Program-made: the position numbers and the translations under genes
Assembly (NCBI GenBank): GCA_965208105.1
Contig: OZ242318.1
Span: forward strand, 2,944,001-3,008,000
Direction of reading: 5' to 3'
Source of the DNA: Candidatus Latescibacterota bacterium
GTDB lineage: Bacteria; Latescibacterota; UBA2968; UBA8231
DNA length: 64,000 nucleotides
Notes under the pieces: model-generated
The model's input: the letters and a program-made list of their open reading frames with translations, nothing else
The model's database searches: none
What the model was told of the DNA's origin: nothing
Shown: piece by piece, positions 42,234 to 53,336 of the stretch
Numbering within the stretch: the stretch's first letter is position 1
Layout of the letters: each line of letters begins with the position of its first letter

Positions 42234-43595
42234 TTGAGTTTGTCAGAAACCATCGTGGCTATTTCCACCTCCCGCGGGGAGGGTGGCCTGGGAATCGTGC
42301 GATTGAGCGGGCCTGGGGCCATCCAAATCGGGAGAAGGGTTTTCCGCTCCACCCCACCTCTTGGTGAGCGTATCCGCCATATTGAGTATGGCAGAGTTGT
42401 TGATGGGAACAGGGAAATCGACACTGGGCTTGCCTGGGCCTTGAAGGCTCCAAACTCGTATACCGGCGAGGATACCATTGAAATCAGCTGCCATGGCAGT
42501 TCCCTGGTTCTGGAGACCCTGGTCCAGGTTTCTGTTGCCAATGGAGCGGTGCCGGCCTCTCCGGGGGAGTTTACGCGAAGGGCATTTCTCAATGGCCGCC
42601 TTGACCTGCTGCAAGCCGAGGCTGTCGTAGACCTGATCCAGGCGGGAAACAAATTTGATCTTGAAAATGCCTATGGACATACCCGGGGACGGCTTTCAAA
42701 TCTTGTCAGGCAGCTGAAATCCCGCCTGATAAGATCCTTGTCCCTTCTCGAGGTCGGGCTGGATTTCAGCGATGAAGATGTAGATGAAGTTTGCAGGCAG
42801 CAGATCCTGGATGAAATCCACAAGGCGATTGAATCAGGCAGGCAGCTATCTGATACATTTGAGGGGAGCCGTCGCCGGCAAGACGGGCTGTTGGTTGTTT
42901 TGGCGGGGCGGCCAAACGTGGGAAAATCTACCCTGCTCAATTCCCTGCTGGGGGAAGAGAAGGCTATCGTCACCCCGATTCCGGGGACGACCAGAGATCT
43001 GGTCGAAGGCCGCACTACTTGGGCAGGGGAGACAGTGAGGGTCTTGGATACGGCCGGCTTGAGAGTGGGAGGAGGTCTGGTAGAAAAGGAAGGGATTCGG
43101 CGGACTCGGGAAAGCATTGCAAATGCAGACCTGGTTCTGGCCATCCTGGACGCATCGCGTGATTGGCAGGAAGAGGATGGGCAGGTCATGGAGCTTGCCC
43201 TGAGCAGACCATGCCTGACGGTTTTAAATAAATTTGACCTTCCACGAAGGTTGGAGGTCCCAGGTCCATGGCGCAAAAAGTGTTCCTTTCTCAATGTTTC
43301 GGCCCTTCGGGGGACGGGGTTGAATCTATTGAGAAAACGAGCCATGGAGAAAATTCCCCGGCCACACCTTGTCGAAGGAGTTGGCATTACCCGGCAGAGA
43401 CATCGCGACTGTCTCCTGCGTGCCGTAGAGCGGGCAGAAATGGCCGGGGAAATGCTGGCAGGGCGGCATCTGGATGAATGCGTCGCGGCTGAGATTCGAG
43501 AAGCGGTAAATTTCCTGGGGGAGATGTTGGGGGAAAGAGATCCTGGGGAGGATCTTCTGGATAAGATTTTCTCCGAATTTTGCATAGGCAAATGA
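42234..43595 (+). CDS. mnmE: tRNA modification GTPase MnmE
   Basis: SYTGED, GEFTRRAFLNG, GRPNVGKS, GTTRD, DTAG, FCIGK. Confidence 0.97.
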   Translation: MSLSETIVAISTSRGEGGLGIVRLSGPGAIQIGRRVFRSTPPLGERIRHIEYGRVVDGNREIDTGLAWALKAPNSYTGEDTIEISCHGSSLVLETLVQVSVANGAVPASPGEFTRRAFLNGRLDLLQAEAVVDLIQAGNKFDLENAYGHTRGRLSNLVRQLKSRLIRSLSLLEVGLDFSDEDVDEVCRQQILDEIHKAIESGRQLSDTFEGSRRRQDGLLVVLAGRPNVGKSTLLNSLLGEEKAIVTPIPGTTRDLVEGRTTWAGETVRVLDTAGLRVGGGLVEKEGIRRTRESIANADLVLAILDASRDWQEEDGQVMELALSRPCLTVLNKFDLPRRLEVPGPWRKKCSFLNVSALRGTGLNLLRKRAMEKIPRPHLVEGVGITRQRHRDCLLRAVERAEMAGEMLAGRHLDECVAAEIREAVNFLGEMLGERDPGEDLLDKIFSEFCIGK

Positions 43596-43597
43596 TA

Positions 43598-43613
43598 TGT
43601 TCCACGTGAAACA
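43598..43613. promoter_or_regulatory. parS site 1
   Basis: TGTTCCACGTGAAACA fits the parS consensus TGTTNCACGTGAAACA. Confidence 0.9.
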
Positions 43614-43637
43614 CAACTGGGATGCCGTAATTCCTGG

Positions 43638-43653
43638 CGTTCCACGTGAAACG
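43638..43653. promoter_or_regulatory. parS site 2
   Basis: CGTTCCACGTGAAACG, with compensatory end changes. Confidence 0.85.
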
Positions 43654-43999
43654 AATTGGGTTTGGCTTATTTACTCGGTCTTCAACGCCCTGGTGGTTCG
43701 AGGGCCATTAATTGTCCACACCAATGTTGGAAAGGCTGTTGATAAGTTTATGGTGTTGCCATGTCCTCGGATATCGCGCGCATCCACATTAATTTATTGA
43801 TTTAAAATAAGATACGGGGTTTTTTGAAGGCAATTTCGGATCCGAGTTCTCCGCTTTTGTGGGTATTTGTGGTGTCCCATTTGTGGATAAATTTGAAAAA
43901 ATATCCCTTGCAGGGAGGTGGAGTTTTGGTCTATATTCTACTCTTATAAGTTGATTTGGGGCCTTCCGCGCCCGGTGGACCTAAGAGTGGGGAAATTTT

Positions 44000-44611
44000 G
44001 TGCTCGACAGGCTATTAAAATCGTGGCTGACATCTGCCCTGCGGCCACTGGCTAAACTCTTCATTCGCCTTGGCATCCGGCCTGACTGGCTCACCCTTGC
44101 AGGTCTGCTTTTCAGCCTAGTGGCCACGGCCGCGTTCGCCAAAGGTCATCTTCAGTTGGGGGCAGCGATTATGCTACTGGCCGGCCTCTGTGATTTGTTG
44201 GATGGCCAGGTCGCCAGGGAAGGCCGCAAGGAGACCAAATTCGGGGCCTTGCTTGATTCAACGACGGACCGCTATTCGGAGATTTTCGTATATTTTGGTA
44301 TCGGGACCTATTTGATCACCAGGGAGGAATGGCTTGTAAGTGGGGTTTTGTTCTTTGCCTTGTCGGGATCATTGATGGTCAGCTACGTCAGGGCTCGCGC
44401 CGAGGGTTTGGGGGAAAATTGCAAGGTAGGATTCATGCAGCGCCCCGAGCGAATTTCAGCCCTTGGCATCGGTGGTTTATGCGGCCACGAAGGACTTGTT
44501 CTGGTATTGGTGTTCCTGGCAGTAACAACAAATTTCACGGTTGTCGCACGTCTCGCCCATATTCGCAACAAACTGAAATCCAGCGCCAGTCCCTCTGCTC
44601 AAAGTTCCTAG
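44000..44611 (+). CDS. CDP-alcohol phosphatidyltransferase
   Basis: DLLDGQVAR...GALLDSTTDRYSE, SYVRARAE. Confidence 0.93.
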   Translation: MLDRLLKSWLTSALRPLAKLFIRLGIRPDWLTLAGLLFSLVATAAFAKGHLQLGAAIMLLAGLCDLLDGQVAREGRKETKFGALLDSTTDRYSEIFVYFGIGTYLITREEWLVSGVLFFALSGSLMVSYVRARAEGLGENCKVGFMQRPERISALGIGGLCGHEGLVLVLVFLAVTTNFTVVARLAHIRNKLKSSASPSAQSS

Positions 44612-44649
44612 CTCCACTTTTCTCTCTCAAAAGTTTGGCAATCCCCCCT

Positions 44650-45297
44650 TTGCGTCAGGCCTTGTTCATCGTATTCGAGGGTATTGACGGAAGCGGTACA
44701 ACGACCCAGTGCCGGCTTCTAAGCAATTACACCGAAGGTGAAATGGGCTATTCTGTCGTACAGACCAGGGAGCCGGGGGGCACTTTCCTCGCCGAACGCA
44801 TTCGTCGCCTGGTTCTGGACCCCGAGGTCGGTGGAATCAATCCCAAAGCCGAGTTGTTCCTGTATGCAGCCAGCAGGGCGCAGCATATACAGGAGTTGAT
44901 CGGGCCTGCACTTCGTTCTGGAACTCCGGTCATTTGCGACCGATTTGCAGCCTCCAGTCTGGCATACCAGGGTTATGGTCGTGGTTTGGAGCTGAAGTTG
45001 GTCGAGCAGGTGAATAGACTCGCCACAGACGATTTATCCCCGGATGTCACCATCTACCTCGACCTGCCCGTAGAAATCGCCCAGCTGAGAATGAAAAACC
45101 GCGGCGGGGATTTGGACCGTTTGGAGCAGGTCGGCGCGGAGTTCCATGAGCGGGTCCGGCAGGGCTATCGGGAATTAGCCGCTGAAAGGCCGGAGAATTC
45201 CATCCTCCTAGATGCTACCCGGAAGCCGGAGGAGCTGGAAAAAAAGATCCGAGCAGAACTTTTTTCTCGATGGCCCAGGTTCCCTCTGAGAAAGTAA
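44650..45297 (+). CDS. tmk: Thymidylate kinase
   Basis: FEGIDGSGTTTQ, TREPGG, ICDRF, AYQGYGRG; probable TTG start at 44650. Confidence 0.92.
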   Translation: MRQALFIVFEGIDGSGTTTQCRLLSNYTEGEMGYSVVQTREPGGTFLAERIRRLVLDPEVGGINPKAELFLYAASRAQHIQELIGPALRSGTPVICDRFAASSLAYQGYGRGLELKLVEQVNRLATDDLSPDVTIYLDLPVEIAQLRMKNRGGDLDRLEQVGAEFHERVRQGYRELAAERPENSILLDATRKPEELEKKIRAELFSRWPRFPLRK

Positions 45298-45304
45298 AGG
45301 GTCT

Positions 45305-47248
45305 TTGATGGAGACCACCTCTTTCAGAAGTAAGATTCCAAATACCGTTCTTCGGCCAAACACGGCAGATCCAGGTGTCCGGCGCTTCCTCAGGCCGTGG
45401 CGGTTCGTGGCAGGGGTGTTCCTGATTCCGGTATGCGCATGGTCCAGTGCAACGGACCCATATGAGGAAATCAACCTTGGTTGGGAGCGCTTCGGAGCAG
45501 TTTATTCACGTATCCTGGAAAGCTACTACTCTGACCTCAGCCATGATGAAATCATGCGTGCGGCGATCCATGGAGTCCTCGACCAGCTCGATTCATATAG
45601 TCAACTCTACAATGAGGAGGAGCTGCTTCGGCTTCAACAGGAATCCGCGGGCAGATTTGCAGGCCTCGGAATCACTGTAACCATAAAAGACAATTACCCA
45701 ATCATTACTTCCCCGATGGACGGAAGTCCAGCCCAGCGTGCCGGCCTATTGCCGGGAGACCTGATTGTTGCCATAGAGGGAAGGGATACCTACGGCTTTT
45801 CTCTGGATGAGGTAGTAGATGCTCTTCGCGGTGAGGCGGGCAGTGAAGTGAGTATCAGTGTGGCTCACAAAGTCGGGTCTGCCCCGCGCACGGTGGTTAT
45901 CAAGCGGGAGATAATCAAGATCCGCAGCGTAATCCTCGCGGAGGAGGTTCGGCCAGGTATTGGATATGTCAGCATGCGCCATACCCGGTTTTCAGATGAA
46001 ACGGCGAGGGAAGTCGAAGCAGGGCTGGTCAGCCTCAGAGAGAAGGGGATAAAAGGAGTAATCCTGGACTTGCGGGGAAACCCGGGGGGATTGTTGACCC
46101 AGGCCACGAAGGTGGTGGACCTGTTTCTGCCCAAAGGGCTCCCAATTGTCTCAATTCGGGAGCAGGAAGGTCGGCACCAGGAAACCAGATACTCGCTGCG
46201 AAAGCCGATCGTCAGGGATTTGCCCCTCGTGGTGTTGATCGACGGTGGAAGCGCAAGCGCTTCGGAAATAGTAGCCGGCGCTGTACAGGACAATGACCGA
46301 GGTGTAATTTTGGGCACGACTTCCTTCGGCAAAGGATCGGTGCAGACCATCTTCGAGCTTCAGGAGCCCCTGGGCAGTGCGCTGAAATTGACCACCGCAT
46401 TTTACCATACTCCGAGTGGCCGCAGTATCCACAGAAAAAATGCTTCCGGAACTCGTAAGTCTCTGATCAAATTGCCCGTTGGTGGACTGGAGGTGCCCTC
46501 CCATGTCCTGATTGACATTCTTCTGGGAGCGCCTGATCATTCACGGGCAACGGAACAGATCCGGGTCAGGTTCGATGTAGGGAAAGAGTTGGCAGAGCAA
46601 ATCCTCGGCACTCCATTGGGGGAATTGGTTGGCGGGTCAAAGAAAGGGCAGACCTGGTCCGATTCTCCTGCAGATATTCGTTCCCGTACGGATGGGATTT
46701 TTTATACACTCAAGGGGAGGAAAGTCCTCGGGGGTGGGGGGATTGTGCCCGATGTCGAGATCAGACCGGATAATCCGCCTTCCTACGCCCTGAATTTGGA
46801 GCAAAGGCGATTGCTCTTCGACTTTGTGGTCGACTACTTGCCTGTAGATTCTGTCCTGGTTTCTTCCGGGGTTGTGCCAGAGGTTGACGAAACAATGATG
46901 GAGTCATTCCGGGTTTTCCTGGGTGAGGCCGTGCCGCGCTCGGTATTCAGCGACCCGGGGCGCAGAGAAATAGATACATTGCGCAAGGTAGCAGATGAGA
47001 TGGGCTGGGGGGCCTTGGTCCTGGACTCCATTGACCGCCTGGAACAGGCCATTGAACAGGAGTTCGCTCGCGGATTCTCGCCCAAACTCGAAGGGTATAT
47101 CCGTGCAGCGCTAGAGCGAGAAATTTCTCTCAGGGTGGAAGGACCTGAAGCTCATCTTCGCACCGGCCTTGACCGGGATCCCCAGCTCGAAGAAGCAATT
47201 GATCTGTTGCAGAACCTGAAGCGCTACAGGCAAGTGCTGAAGGGTTGA
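45305..47248 (+). CDS. S41 carboxyl-terminal processing protease
   Basis: PDZ GLGI, DLRGNPGGLL, SASASEIVAGA, FGKGSVQ, DPQL. Confidence 0.93.
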   Translation: MMETTSFRSKIPNTVLRPNTADPGVRRFLRPWRFVAGVFLIPVCAWSSATDPYEEINLGWERFGAVYSRILESYYSDLSHDEIMRAAIHGVLDQLDSYSQLYNEEELLRLQQESAGRFAGLGITVTIKDNYPIITSPMDGSPAQRAGLLPGDLIVAIEGRDTYGFSLDEVVDALRGEAGSEVSISVAHKVGSAPRTVVIKREIIKIRSVILAEEVRPGIGYVSMRHTRFSDETAREVEAGLVSLREKGIKGVILDLRGNPGGLLTQATKVVDLFLPKGLPIVSIREQEGRHQETRYSLRKPIVRDLPLVVLIDGGSASASEIVAGAVQDNDRGVILGTTSFGKGSVQTIFELQEPLGSALKLTTAFYHTPSGRSIHRKNASGTRKSLIKLPVGGLEVPSHVLIDILLGAPDHSRATEQIRVRFDVGKELAEQILGTPLGELVGGSKKGQTWSDSPADIRSRTDGIFYTLKGRKVLGGGGIVPDVEIRPDNPPSYALNLEQRRLLFDFVVDYLPVDSVLVSSGVVPEVDETMMESFRVFLGEAVPRSVFSDPGRREIDTLRKVADEMGWGALVLDSIDRLEQAIEQEFARGFSPKLEGYIRAALEREISLRVEGPEAHLRTGLDRDPQLEEAIDLLQNLKRYRQVLKG

Positions 47249-47374
47249 ACTGGCCGGAGTCGAAATGGCTTCTCCCAGTTGCAGCAGAAAATCGATTGAA
47301 ACACTGTCATAGCGGAACCAGCAAGGCTCTAAGAAGAGCCAGGCTGGGATCGCATTCATTCAACGAAACCAGAT

Positions 47375-48907
47375 ATGAAAACAGAAATATTTATAAACGA
47401 AGGTATTCATGAGTCCCGCATTGCCATAATGGAAGACGGCTCGCTTGCGGAGATATGGATAGAACGGCCCGATAGCGAACGCATGGTAGGAAATGTCTAC
47501 AAAGGGCAAGTAGCCTCGGTTCTGCCCGGGTTGCAGGCAGCATTTGTGGAGATCGGCCATGATCGAACCACCTTCCTCCAGGCCCGCGACATGATTGGGA
47601 CCGAGATCGGAGAATTTGAAGTCGGAGGCAGGTCGCGTAGCGGCCGGCGCTCCCACTATGCCCAGTGCCCCCCCATACAAAAGATGATCAGAAGGGGAGA
47701 AAATGTCCTCGTGCAAATAACCAAGGAGCCGATCGGCACGAAAGGTGCGAGAGTCAGCACCCAGATTTCACTGGCCGGGCGTTTCCTGGTACTGGTCCCA
47801 GGAGGGGATTGGGTGCGAGTATCGCGCAAAATTTCCAGCCAGCAGGAGCGACGTCACCTGCGGGAGTTGGTTAACGGAATCCGGGCGAAGGGTTATTCCG
47901 TAATCGTTCGCACAGAAGGCCGGGGCAAGTCTGAAAAGGAATTCAAGCGGGATTTGAAGAACCTGGTGAAGGCCCATGAGGGGATTGTAAAGCTTTCAAA
48001 GAAGGTGGATGCCCCAGCCTTGCTTCACAAGGAACTGGGTATGACGTCAAGTGTAATCCGTGATTTGTTCAACGATGACATAGACCGGGTGGTGGTGGAC
48101 AAAAGGGACCTGTTTAATGAGATCGTAACCTACCTGCGCAAAGTTTCCCCCAAATTGCGAAAAAGGGTGCAGTTCTATCGCGAACGGCGTCCGGTATTCG
48201 ATGCCTTTGGAATTGAGGCGGAACTCGAGAAGGCAAACTGTCGCATATTGTGGATGCGCAAGGGAGGAAGTCTGGTCTTTGACCATGCTGAGGCCGGTAC
48301 TTTTATAGATGTCAACTCAGCGCGTTACGTGGGATCCGACAACCAGGAGACAACCAACTTAAATACCAACCTGGAAGCTGCCCGTGAAATAGCAAGACAG
48401 ATTCGACTGCGGGACATTGGGGGAATTATCGTTGTGGATTTTATCGACATGAATGAGGATAAGAACCGCAGGAGGGTAGTGGATTTCCTGACCGAGGAGG
48501 TCAAAAAGGACCGCGCCAAAATCTCGATCAGCCCCCAAATCAGCGAATTTGGCCTGGTGGAGATGACGCGTCAGCGGGTTCGTCCCAATCTCCTGCACAC
48601 GCATAGCGAGCCGTGTCCAACATGCCAGGGCACCGGCAGGGTGACAGGTCCGGACACTACCGTAACCGAAATCGAGCGTTGGCTGCAGCGCTCCCATGCT
48701 ATTTGCCGCGAACGCCGCTTTGTGCTTGAGGTCCATCCAGAGGTGGCCAATTATTTGATGGAAAACAGGGAAGGAAGGCTGAAATCGATTCGCAAGGCTA
48801 CCAAGGCGCGTCTGCAGGTAGAAGCCGATCCCAGCCTTTCTCCCCAGGAGTACCGGTTTTTTTCCAACAAGCGCAAGCAGGATGTAACAGCAGAGTTCAA
48901 GGTTTGA
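47375..48907 (+). CDS. Rne/Rng family ribonuclease
   Basis: GNVYKG, AAFVEIG, KEPIGTKGAR, IDVNS, RLRDIGGIIVVDFIDM. Confidence 0.95.
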   Translation: MKTEIFINEGIHESRIAIMEDGSLAEIWIERPDSERMVGNVYKGQVASVLPGLQAAFVEIGHDRTTFLQARDMIGTEIGEFEVGGRSRSGRRSHYAQCPPIQKMIRRGENVLVQITKEPIGTKGARVSTQISLAGRFLVLVPGGDWVRVSRKISSQQERRHLRELVNGIRAKGYSVIVRTEGRGKSEKEFKRDLKNLVKAHEGIVKLSKKVDAPALLHKELGMTSSVIRDLFNDDIDRVVVDKRDLFNEIVTYLRKVSPKLRKRVQFYRERRPVFDAFGIEAELEKANCRILWMRKGGSLVFDHAEAGTFIDVNSARYVGSDNQETTNLNTNLEAAREIARQIRLRDIGGIIVVDFIDMNEDKNRRRVVDFLTEEVKKDRAKISISPQISEFGLVEMTRQRVRPNLLHTHSEPCPTCQGTGRVTGPDTTVTEIERWLQRSHAICRERRFVLEVHPEVANYLMENREGRLKSIRKATKARLQVEADPSLSPQEYRFFSNKRKQDVTAEFKV

Positions 48908-48943
48908 CAGAAGGAAGGGTGAAACTTATTTTTACCGTTCTAT

Positions 48944-48981
48944 GTGAAAATTTGAATGAGGAGTGAAAATTTGAATGAGGA
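48944..48981 (+). repeat. Perfect 19-bp tandem duplication in the rplU leader
   Basis: GTGAAAATTTGAATGAGGA x2. Confidence 0.9.
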
Positions 48982-48990
48982 GACCCTATC

Positions 48991-49344
48991 GTGTACGCCG
49001 TGGTTAAAATTTCCAGTGAACAAATCCAGGTCGTCAAGGGCAAGCGTGTCCGGGTGCCTAAATTGGAATTGGACCAGGGGAGCAGGCACCAATTCAAGGA
49101 AGTGATGCTGGTTTCGCAGGACGACGAGGTCAGAATTGGGAATCCCCTGATTGATGGCGCTTCGGTTGAAGCCACCGTGGTCGAACACGGCCGCGCTCAA
49201 AAAATCGTAGTCTACAAGATGCGGCGCCGAAAAAAGTATCGCCGCCGCAATGGTCACCGCCAAAACTACACCGAGTTGATGGTAGAAGATATTATCCTTC
49301 CCGACTCGAGTACTCCAAAGCAGGAGGAAAATCATGGCTCATAA
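48991..49344 (+). CDS. rplU: 50S ribosomal protein L21
   Basis: [26 protein letters not shown]. Confidence 0.96.
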   Translation: MYAVVKISSEQIQVVKGKRVRVPKLELDQGSRHQFKEVMLVSQDDEVRIGNPLIDGASVEATVVEHGRAQKIVVYKMRRRKKYRRRNGHRQNYTELMVEDIILPDSSTPKQEENHGS

Positions 49345-49594
49345 GAAAGGTGTTGGTAGCTCGAGAAACGGTCGCGACAGCCATTCAAAGCGGTTGGGTG
49401 TAAAGCGGTTCGGTGGAGAAAGGGTCACTGCGGGAACCATCTTGGTGAGACAGCGCGGGACCAAAATCCGTCCTGGCCTAAATGTCAGGAAAGGTGGAGA
49501 TGACACCCTTTTTTCAATTATTGACGGAGCTGTGAAGTACGAGACCTGGGGAAGGCACCGGAAACGGGTCAGTGTTTACCGCACCACGGATTGA
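49334..49594 (+). CDS. rpmA: 50S ribosomal protein L27
   Basis: [16 protein letters not shown]. Confidence 0.98.
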   Translation: MAHKKGVGSSRNGRDSHSKRLGVKRFGGERVTAGTILVRQRGTKIRPGLNVRKGGDDTLFSIIDGAVKYETWGRHRKRVSVYRTTD

Positions 49595-49638
49595 CCTCGT
49601 ACCCCGACCTCGTCCATATGGTTTTGCCGGATTAATTC

Positions 49639-51348
49639 ATGGACGGACCTGTACATGACATCCTGATTCTGGGCGGTGGAGGTGCAGGGCTACGTGCTGC
49701 CATTGCAGCAGCGCAGGCTCACAAGGACCTTAGCATCGGCGTCGTTTCAAAGGTTTACCCGATGCGAAGTCACACTGTTTCTGCAGAGGGAGGCGCTGCA
49801 GCGGTCATGCGCGGCGAGGATAACTTTGATTCTCACGCATATGATACGATCAAAGGCAGCGACTTTCTGGCTGATCAAGACACTGTAGAGGCATTTGTAA
49901 TTGAAGCGCGCGACGAATTGGTCCAGATGGAGCACTGGGGCTGCCCCTGGAGCCGGGATGCCGATGGGCGGGTGAGCGTTCGGGCATTTGGAGGGATGTC
50001 CGTCAAGCGCACTCTCTATGCTGCAGACAAAACCGGCTTCCACATGCTGCATACCCTTTTTCAAACATCTTTGCAGCATGAACAGATCAAGCGCTACGAT
50101 GAATGGTACGTCACTTCTCTGCTCGTAGACGAGGACAAGGTCTGCGGTGCGGCAGGCCTGAACCTGCGCTCTGGCGAAATTCATGCACTTGCTGCCAAAT
50201 CCGTGATCCTTTGCACCGGCGGCGGCGGACGCATTTTTCCCTTCACTACCAATGCTGCGATCAAGACCGGAGATGGCATGTCCATGGCTTACCGGGCTGG
50301 TTGCCCTTTGAAAGACATGGAATTCGTACAGTACCACCCCACTGGCTTGCCGGGGACAGGCATTCTGATGACCGAAGCATCCCGTGGGGAGGGAGGGTAT
50401 TTGATTAACAGCGCCGGGGACCGCTATTTGAGTGAATACTTGCCTACCAAAATGGAACTGGGTCCTCGGGACATGGTTTCTCGTGCCTTTGTCTACGAAG
50501 AGCGTGCCGGACGTGTCTTTTCCGGTCCCTATGGGAGCTATGTTCATCTGGACCTTCGCCATTTGGGGGAAAAGATCATAAACGACAGAATTCCCTTCGT
50601 CCGCGAACTAACCAGGAACTACGTCGGGATCGATCCTGTTCACCATCCCATACCAGTCCGACCCGTAGTCCATTACATGATGGGAGGGGTGCATACTGAC
50701 ATCAGCGGTAAAACCCCTGTCGAAGGACTGTATGCTGCCGGAGAGACCGCTTGTGTCAGTATCAACGGAGCGAACCGCCTGGGCTCAAACTCTCTTTCAG
50801 AGTGCCTGGTATTCGGCGCTCGTGCAGGCAAAGCCGCTGCCCTTCACGCTTTGGAGCAGAAGGCGGGGAGAAGTTCCATCCCGGAGCAGCTTGCCCGGAA
50901 TGAAATGAAGGAGGTGAGGGGAAGGTTCAACTCGCATGGCAAAGGGAAGGAGCGCATTTCTTCCATTCGCACTGACCTGCAAAATACCATGGAGAGGGAT
51001 GCAGGCATTTACCGGACAGAGGAAGGGCTTGAAGAAGCCTGTGCAGAACTGGTCACGTTGCGCGAGCGCTATGGGCGTGTAATGCTCGAGGACGGGTCAG
51101 AAGTATACAACACGGAGCTTACTTCAGCCCTGGAGCTTGGCTGTATGCTGGACGTGGCAGAAGCAGTCGCTCACTCAGCACTCAGACGGCAGGAGTCGAG
51201 AGGGTCTCACGCACGATCGGACTTCGAGGCCCGCGACGACCAACGGTTTTTGCAGCATTCTTTGGCCTACCGCTCCGAAGGTGAACCGCGGATTGAGTAT
51301 CTTCCCGCCACTATTACCCGCTGGCAACCTGAAGAGCGCAAATACTAA
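49639..51348 (+). CDS. frdA: Fumarate reductase/succinate dehydrogenase flavoprotein
   Basis: [43 protein letters not shown]. Confidence 0.93.
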   Translation: MDGPVHDILILGGGGAGLRAAIAAAQAHKDLSIGVVSKVYPMRSHTVSAEGGAAAVMRGEDNFDSHAYDTIKGSDFLADQDTVEAFVIEARDELVQMEHWGCPWSRDADGRVSVRAFGGMSVKRTLYAADKTGFHMLHTLFQTSLQHEQIKRYDEWYVTSLLVDEDKVCGAAGLNLRSGEIHALAAKSVILCTGGGGRIFPFTTNAAIKTGDGMSMAYRAGCPLKDMEFVQYHPTGLPGTGILMTEASRGEGGYLINSAGDRYLSEYLPTKMELGPRDMVSRAFVYEERAGRVFSGPYGSYVHLDLRHLGEKIINDRIPFVRELTRNYVGIDPVHHPIPVRPVVHYMMGGVHTDISGKTPVEGLYAAGETACVSINGANRLGSNSLSECLVFGARAGKAAALHALEQKAGRSSIPEQLARNEMKEVRGRFNSHGKGKERISSIRTDLQNTMERDAGIYRTEEGLEEACAELVTLRERYGRVMLEDGSEVYNTELTSALELGCMLDVAEAVAHSALRRQESRGSHARSDFEARDDQRFLQHSLAYRSEGEPRIEYLPATITRWQPEERKY

Positions 51349-51366
51349 CCTGATGGTTGGCATCTC

Positions 51367-52113
51367 GTGAGTGAAAAAAACGTTACTTTGAAGGTGTTCC
51401 GCTACTCCCCGGAGCAAGGAGGGGAGCCCACAGAGCAAGAATACGAGGTTCCTTTCCGCGACGACTGGGTTGTTCTCGATGCCCTTAACTACATCAAGGA
51501 CCAAATAGATGGTACGCTGTCTTACCGCTGGTCCTGCCGGATGGGAGTTTGTGGCAGTTGCGGAATGATGGTCAATGGTGAACCGAAGTTGACGTGCGCG
51601 ACCTTCCTGCGTGATTATTTCCCCGATGAAATTCGGGTGGCTCCGCTTTCCAATTTTTCTGTCGTCCGCGACCTGGTGGTCGAACTGGACGACTTTTTAG
51701 GAAAAATTCAAGCTGTAAAACCGTGGATTATCCGCAAGGAGGAGAGGCCGGTAGAAGAAGGCGAGTATCTCCAGACGCCGGACCAGCTTGCCGAGTTCAA
51801 GCAATTCAGCATGTGCATCAACTGCGCCTTGTGTTATTCGGCTTGCCCGGTTTATGGCCCTGACTCTGACTTTCTCGGTCCGGCCGCTCTGGCACTGGCC
51901 TACCGCTACAACCTCGATTCCAGGGATGAAGGCCGGGAGGAACGGGAGGATGTCATTGCCAGCGAAGAGGGGATATGGAACTGCACTTTTGTGGGTGAGT
52001 GTTCCGCAGTCTGTCCCAAGGAGGTGGACCCTGCAGTGGCCATCCAGCGCTCCAAGGTGGATGTCACTTCCAACTGGTTCAAATCATTCATCATGCCGTG
52101 GAAAAACAGATGA
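51367..52113 (+). CDS. frdB: Fumarate reductase iron-sulfur subunit
   Basis: [34 protein letters not shown]. Confidence 0.93.
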   Translation: MSEKNVTLKVFRYSPEQGGEPTEQEYEVPFRDDWVVLDALNYIKDQIDGTLSYRWSCRMGVCGSCGMMVNGEPKLTCATFLRDYFPDEIRVAPLSNFSVVRDLVVELDDFLGKIQAVKPWIIRKEERPVEEGEYLQTPDQLAEFKQFSMCINCALCYSACPVYGPDSDFLGPAALALAYRYNLDSRDEGREEREDVIASEEGIWNCTFVGECSAVCPKEVDPAVAIQRSKVDVTSNWFKSFIMPWKNR

Positions 52114-52550
52114 ACAGTCACCCTGAAAGGCGCCCGTACGAACCGGGTTACTACAAGTACAAGCTCCATGTTCCTTCGAGACCTCCGACCTGGTGGCTGC
52201 GAAATCTCAAGTACTTCCTTTTCATGATGAGGGAAATTAGCAGTGCCATCATCGGCCTTTTTCTCCTTTTCTATCTCTTTGAAATTTTCCTTCTCAGCAG
52301 AGGTCCCGAGGCACACGGCGGCTTTCAAGAATTGCTGCGCAGCCCGGGGTTTGTTCTTTTCTATGCGGTTGCATTTATTTTCGCGCTCTATCACTCCATT
52401 ACCTGGTTTGGCGCCGTGGGTAGAATTCAGGTTGTGCGGGTGGGAGGTTGGAAGGTTCCCCCGGCGCTGGTGACGGCCAGCGCCTTCGTGGGTTGGATTG
52501 CTGTTTCGGCGATTATCGGGTTTTACCTCCTTGGTGGCGACCATGTATGA
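52110..52550 (+). CDS. frdC: Fumarate reductase membrane anchor C
   Basis: TWWLR...FMMRE...YHSITWF, three TM helices. Confidence 0.85.
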   Translation: MNSHPERRPYEPGYYKYKLHVPSRPPTWWLRNLKYFLFMMREISSAIIGLFLLFYLFEIFLLSRGPEAHGGFQELLRSPGFVLFYAVAFIFALYHSITWFGAVGRIQVVRVGGWKVPPALVTASAFVGWIAVSAIIGFYLLGGDHV

Positions 52551-52902
52551 AATGGATAGGAGGGAGCCTTTCTGGTGGGGCTTGTTTTCCCTGGGTGGGG
52601 TAATTGCCGCGCTGCTTGTGCCCGTTCACATATTCGTCCATGGACTGGCGGTTCCGCTCGGCCTGGTTGAAGGACAAGTGCTGACATACGAGCCTATGCG
52701 GGTTCTGGTCGGTTCCGCATTTGTCAAAGTCTATATCCTGGGACTGGTGGCCCTTCCCCTATGCCACGCTGCCCACCGGGTGCGCTTTACTCTTTATGAA
52801 TTGGGGCTCAGAAACACTGGTCTGCCTTTGGGGTTTCTCTGCTATGGCCTCGCTCTGACGGTTGCCTGTGTTGCTGCCTATATCCTGTTCCAGCTGGTGT
52901 GA
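52543..52902 (+). CDS. frdD: Fumarate reductase membrane anchor D
   Basis: EPFWWGLFSLGG, HAAHRVR. Confidence 0.88.
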   Translation: MYEMDRREPFWWGLFSLGGVIAALLVPVHIFVHGLAVPLGLVEGQVLTYEPMRVLVGSAFVKVYILGLVALPLCHAAHRVRFTLYELGLRNTGLPLGFLCYGLALTVACVAAYILFQLV

Positions 52903-53336
52903 GATGGGCAGGCTTTTTTGTTTGAGCCAGAGTCCCTGCAGCCGAGGCTTTCTCAAGTTGGGGTCGGGCGGTTGACGCTTCCGAATTTCGCTCATGACGG
53001 GTATCGAATTGCCGGCTGAAGCCTTGATTTGATCTGAATTCCTCTTCCCGGCCGGGCAGAGTTGCCATTCCCCCAATCCATATTTTCGCACGCGCTGGCA
53101 CTTCGTCGCAAGCCAGGACGCAAAGGCTGGTTGCAGCTGCGGCAGTGAGGCTCGGATTTCATGAGGCAGGGACCTCTATTGGCCCTGGCTTCATCCCATG
53201 GATATGTGGTTTCATGGCAGTGCGGAATCCGGACTATCAAGCACTGCCCTGTGTCCGCGAAATTTTTCAGCCATTTGCCTGCTGAACACAGCAGCAAAAC
53301 CGGAGGATATACTCCTGTGAAGGGAATGCATGGTGC

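Noticed and set aside
42671-43645. 324-aa minus-strand ORF
   Set aside because: Antisense shadow of mnmE.
44329-44649. N-terminal extension of tmk
   Set aside because: It overlaps the upstream gene; Tmk homology starts at about 44650.
52903-53336. Possible gene or riboswitch in the frdD-sucC gap
   Set aside because: No recognisable protein or RNA motif.
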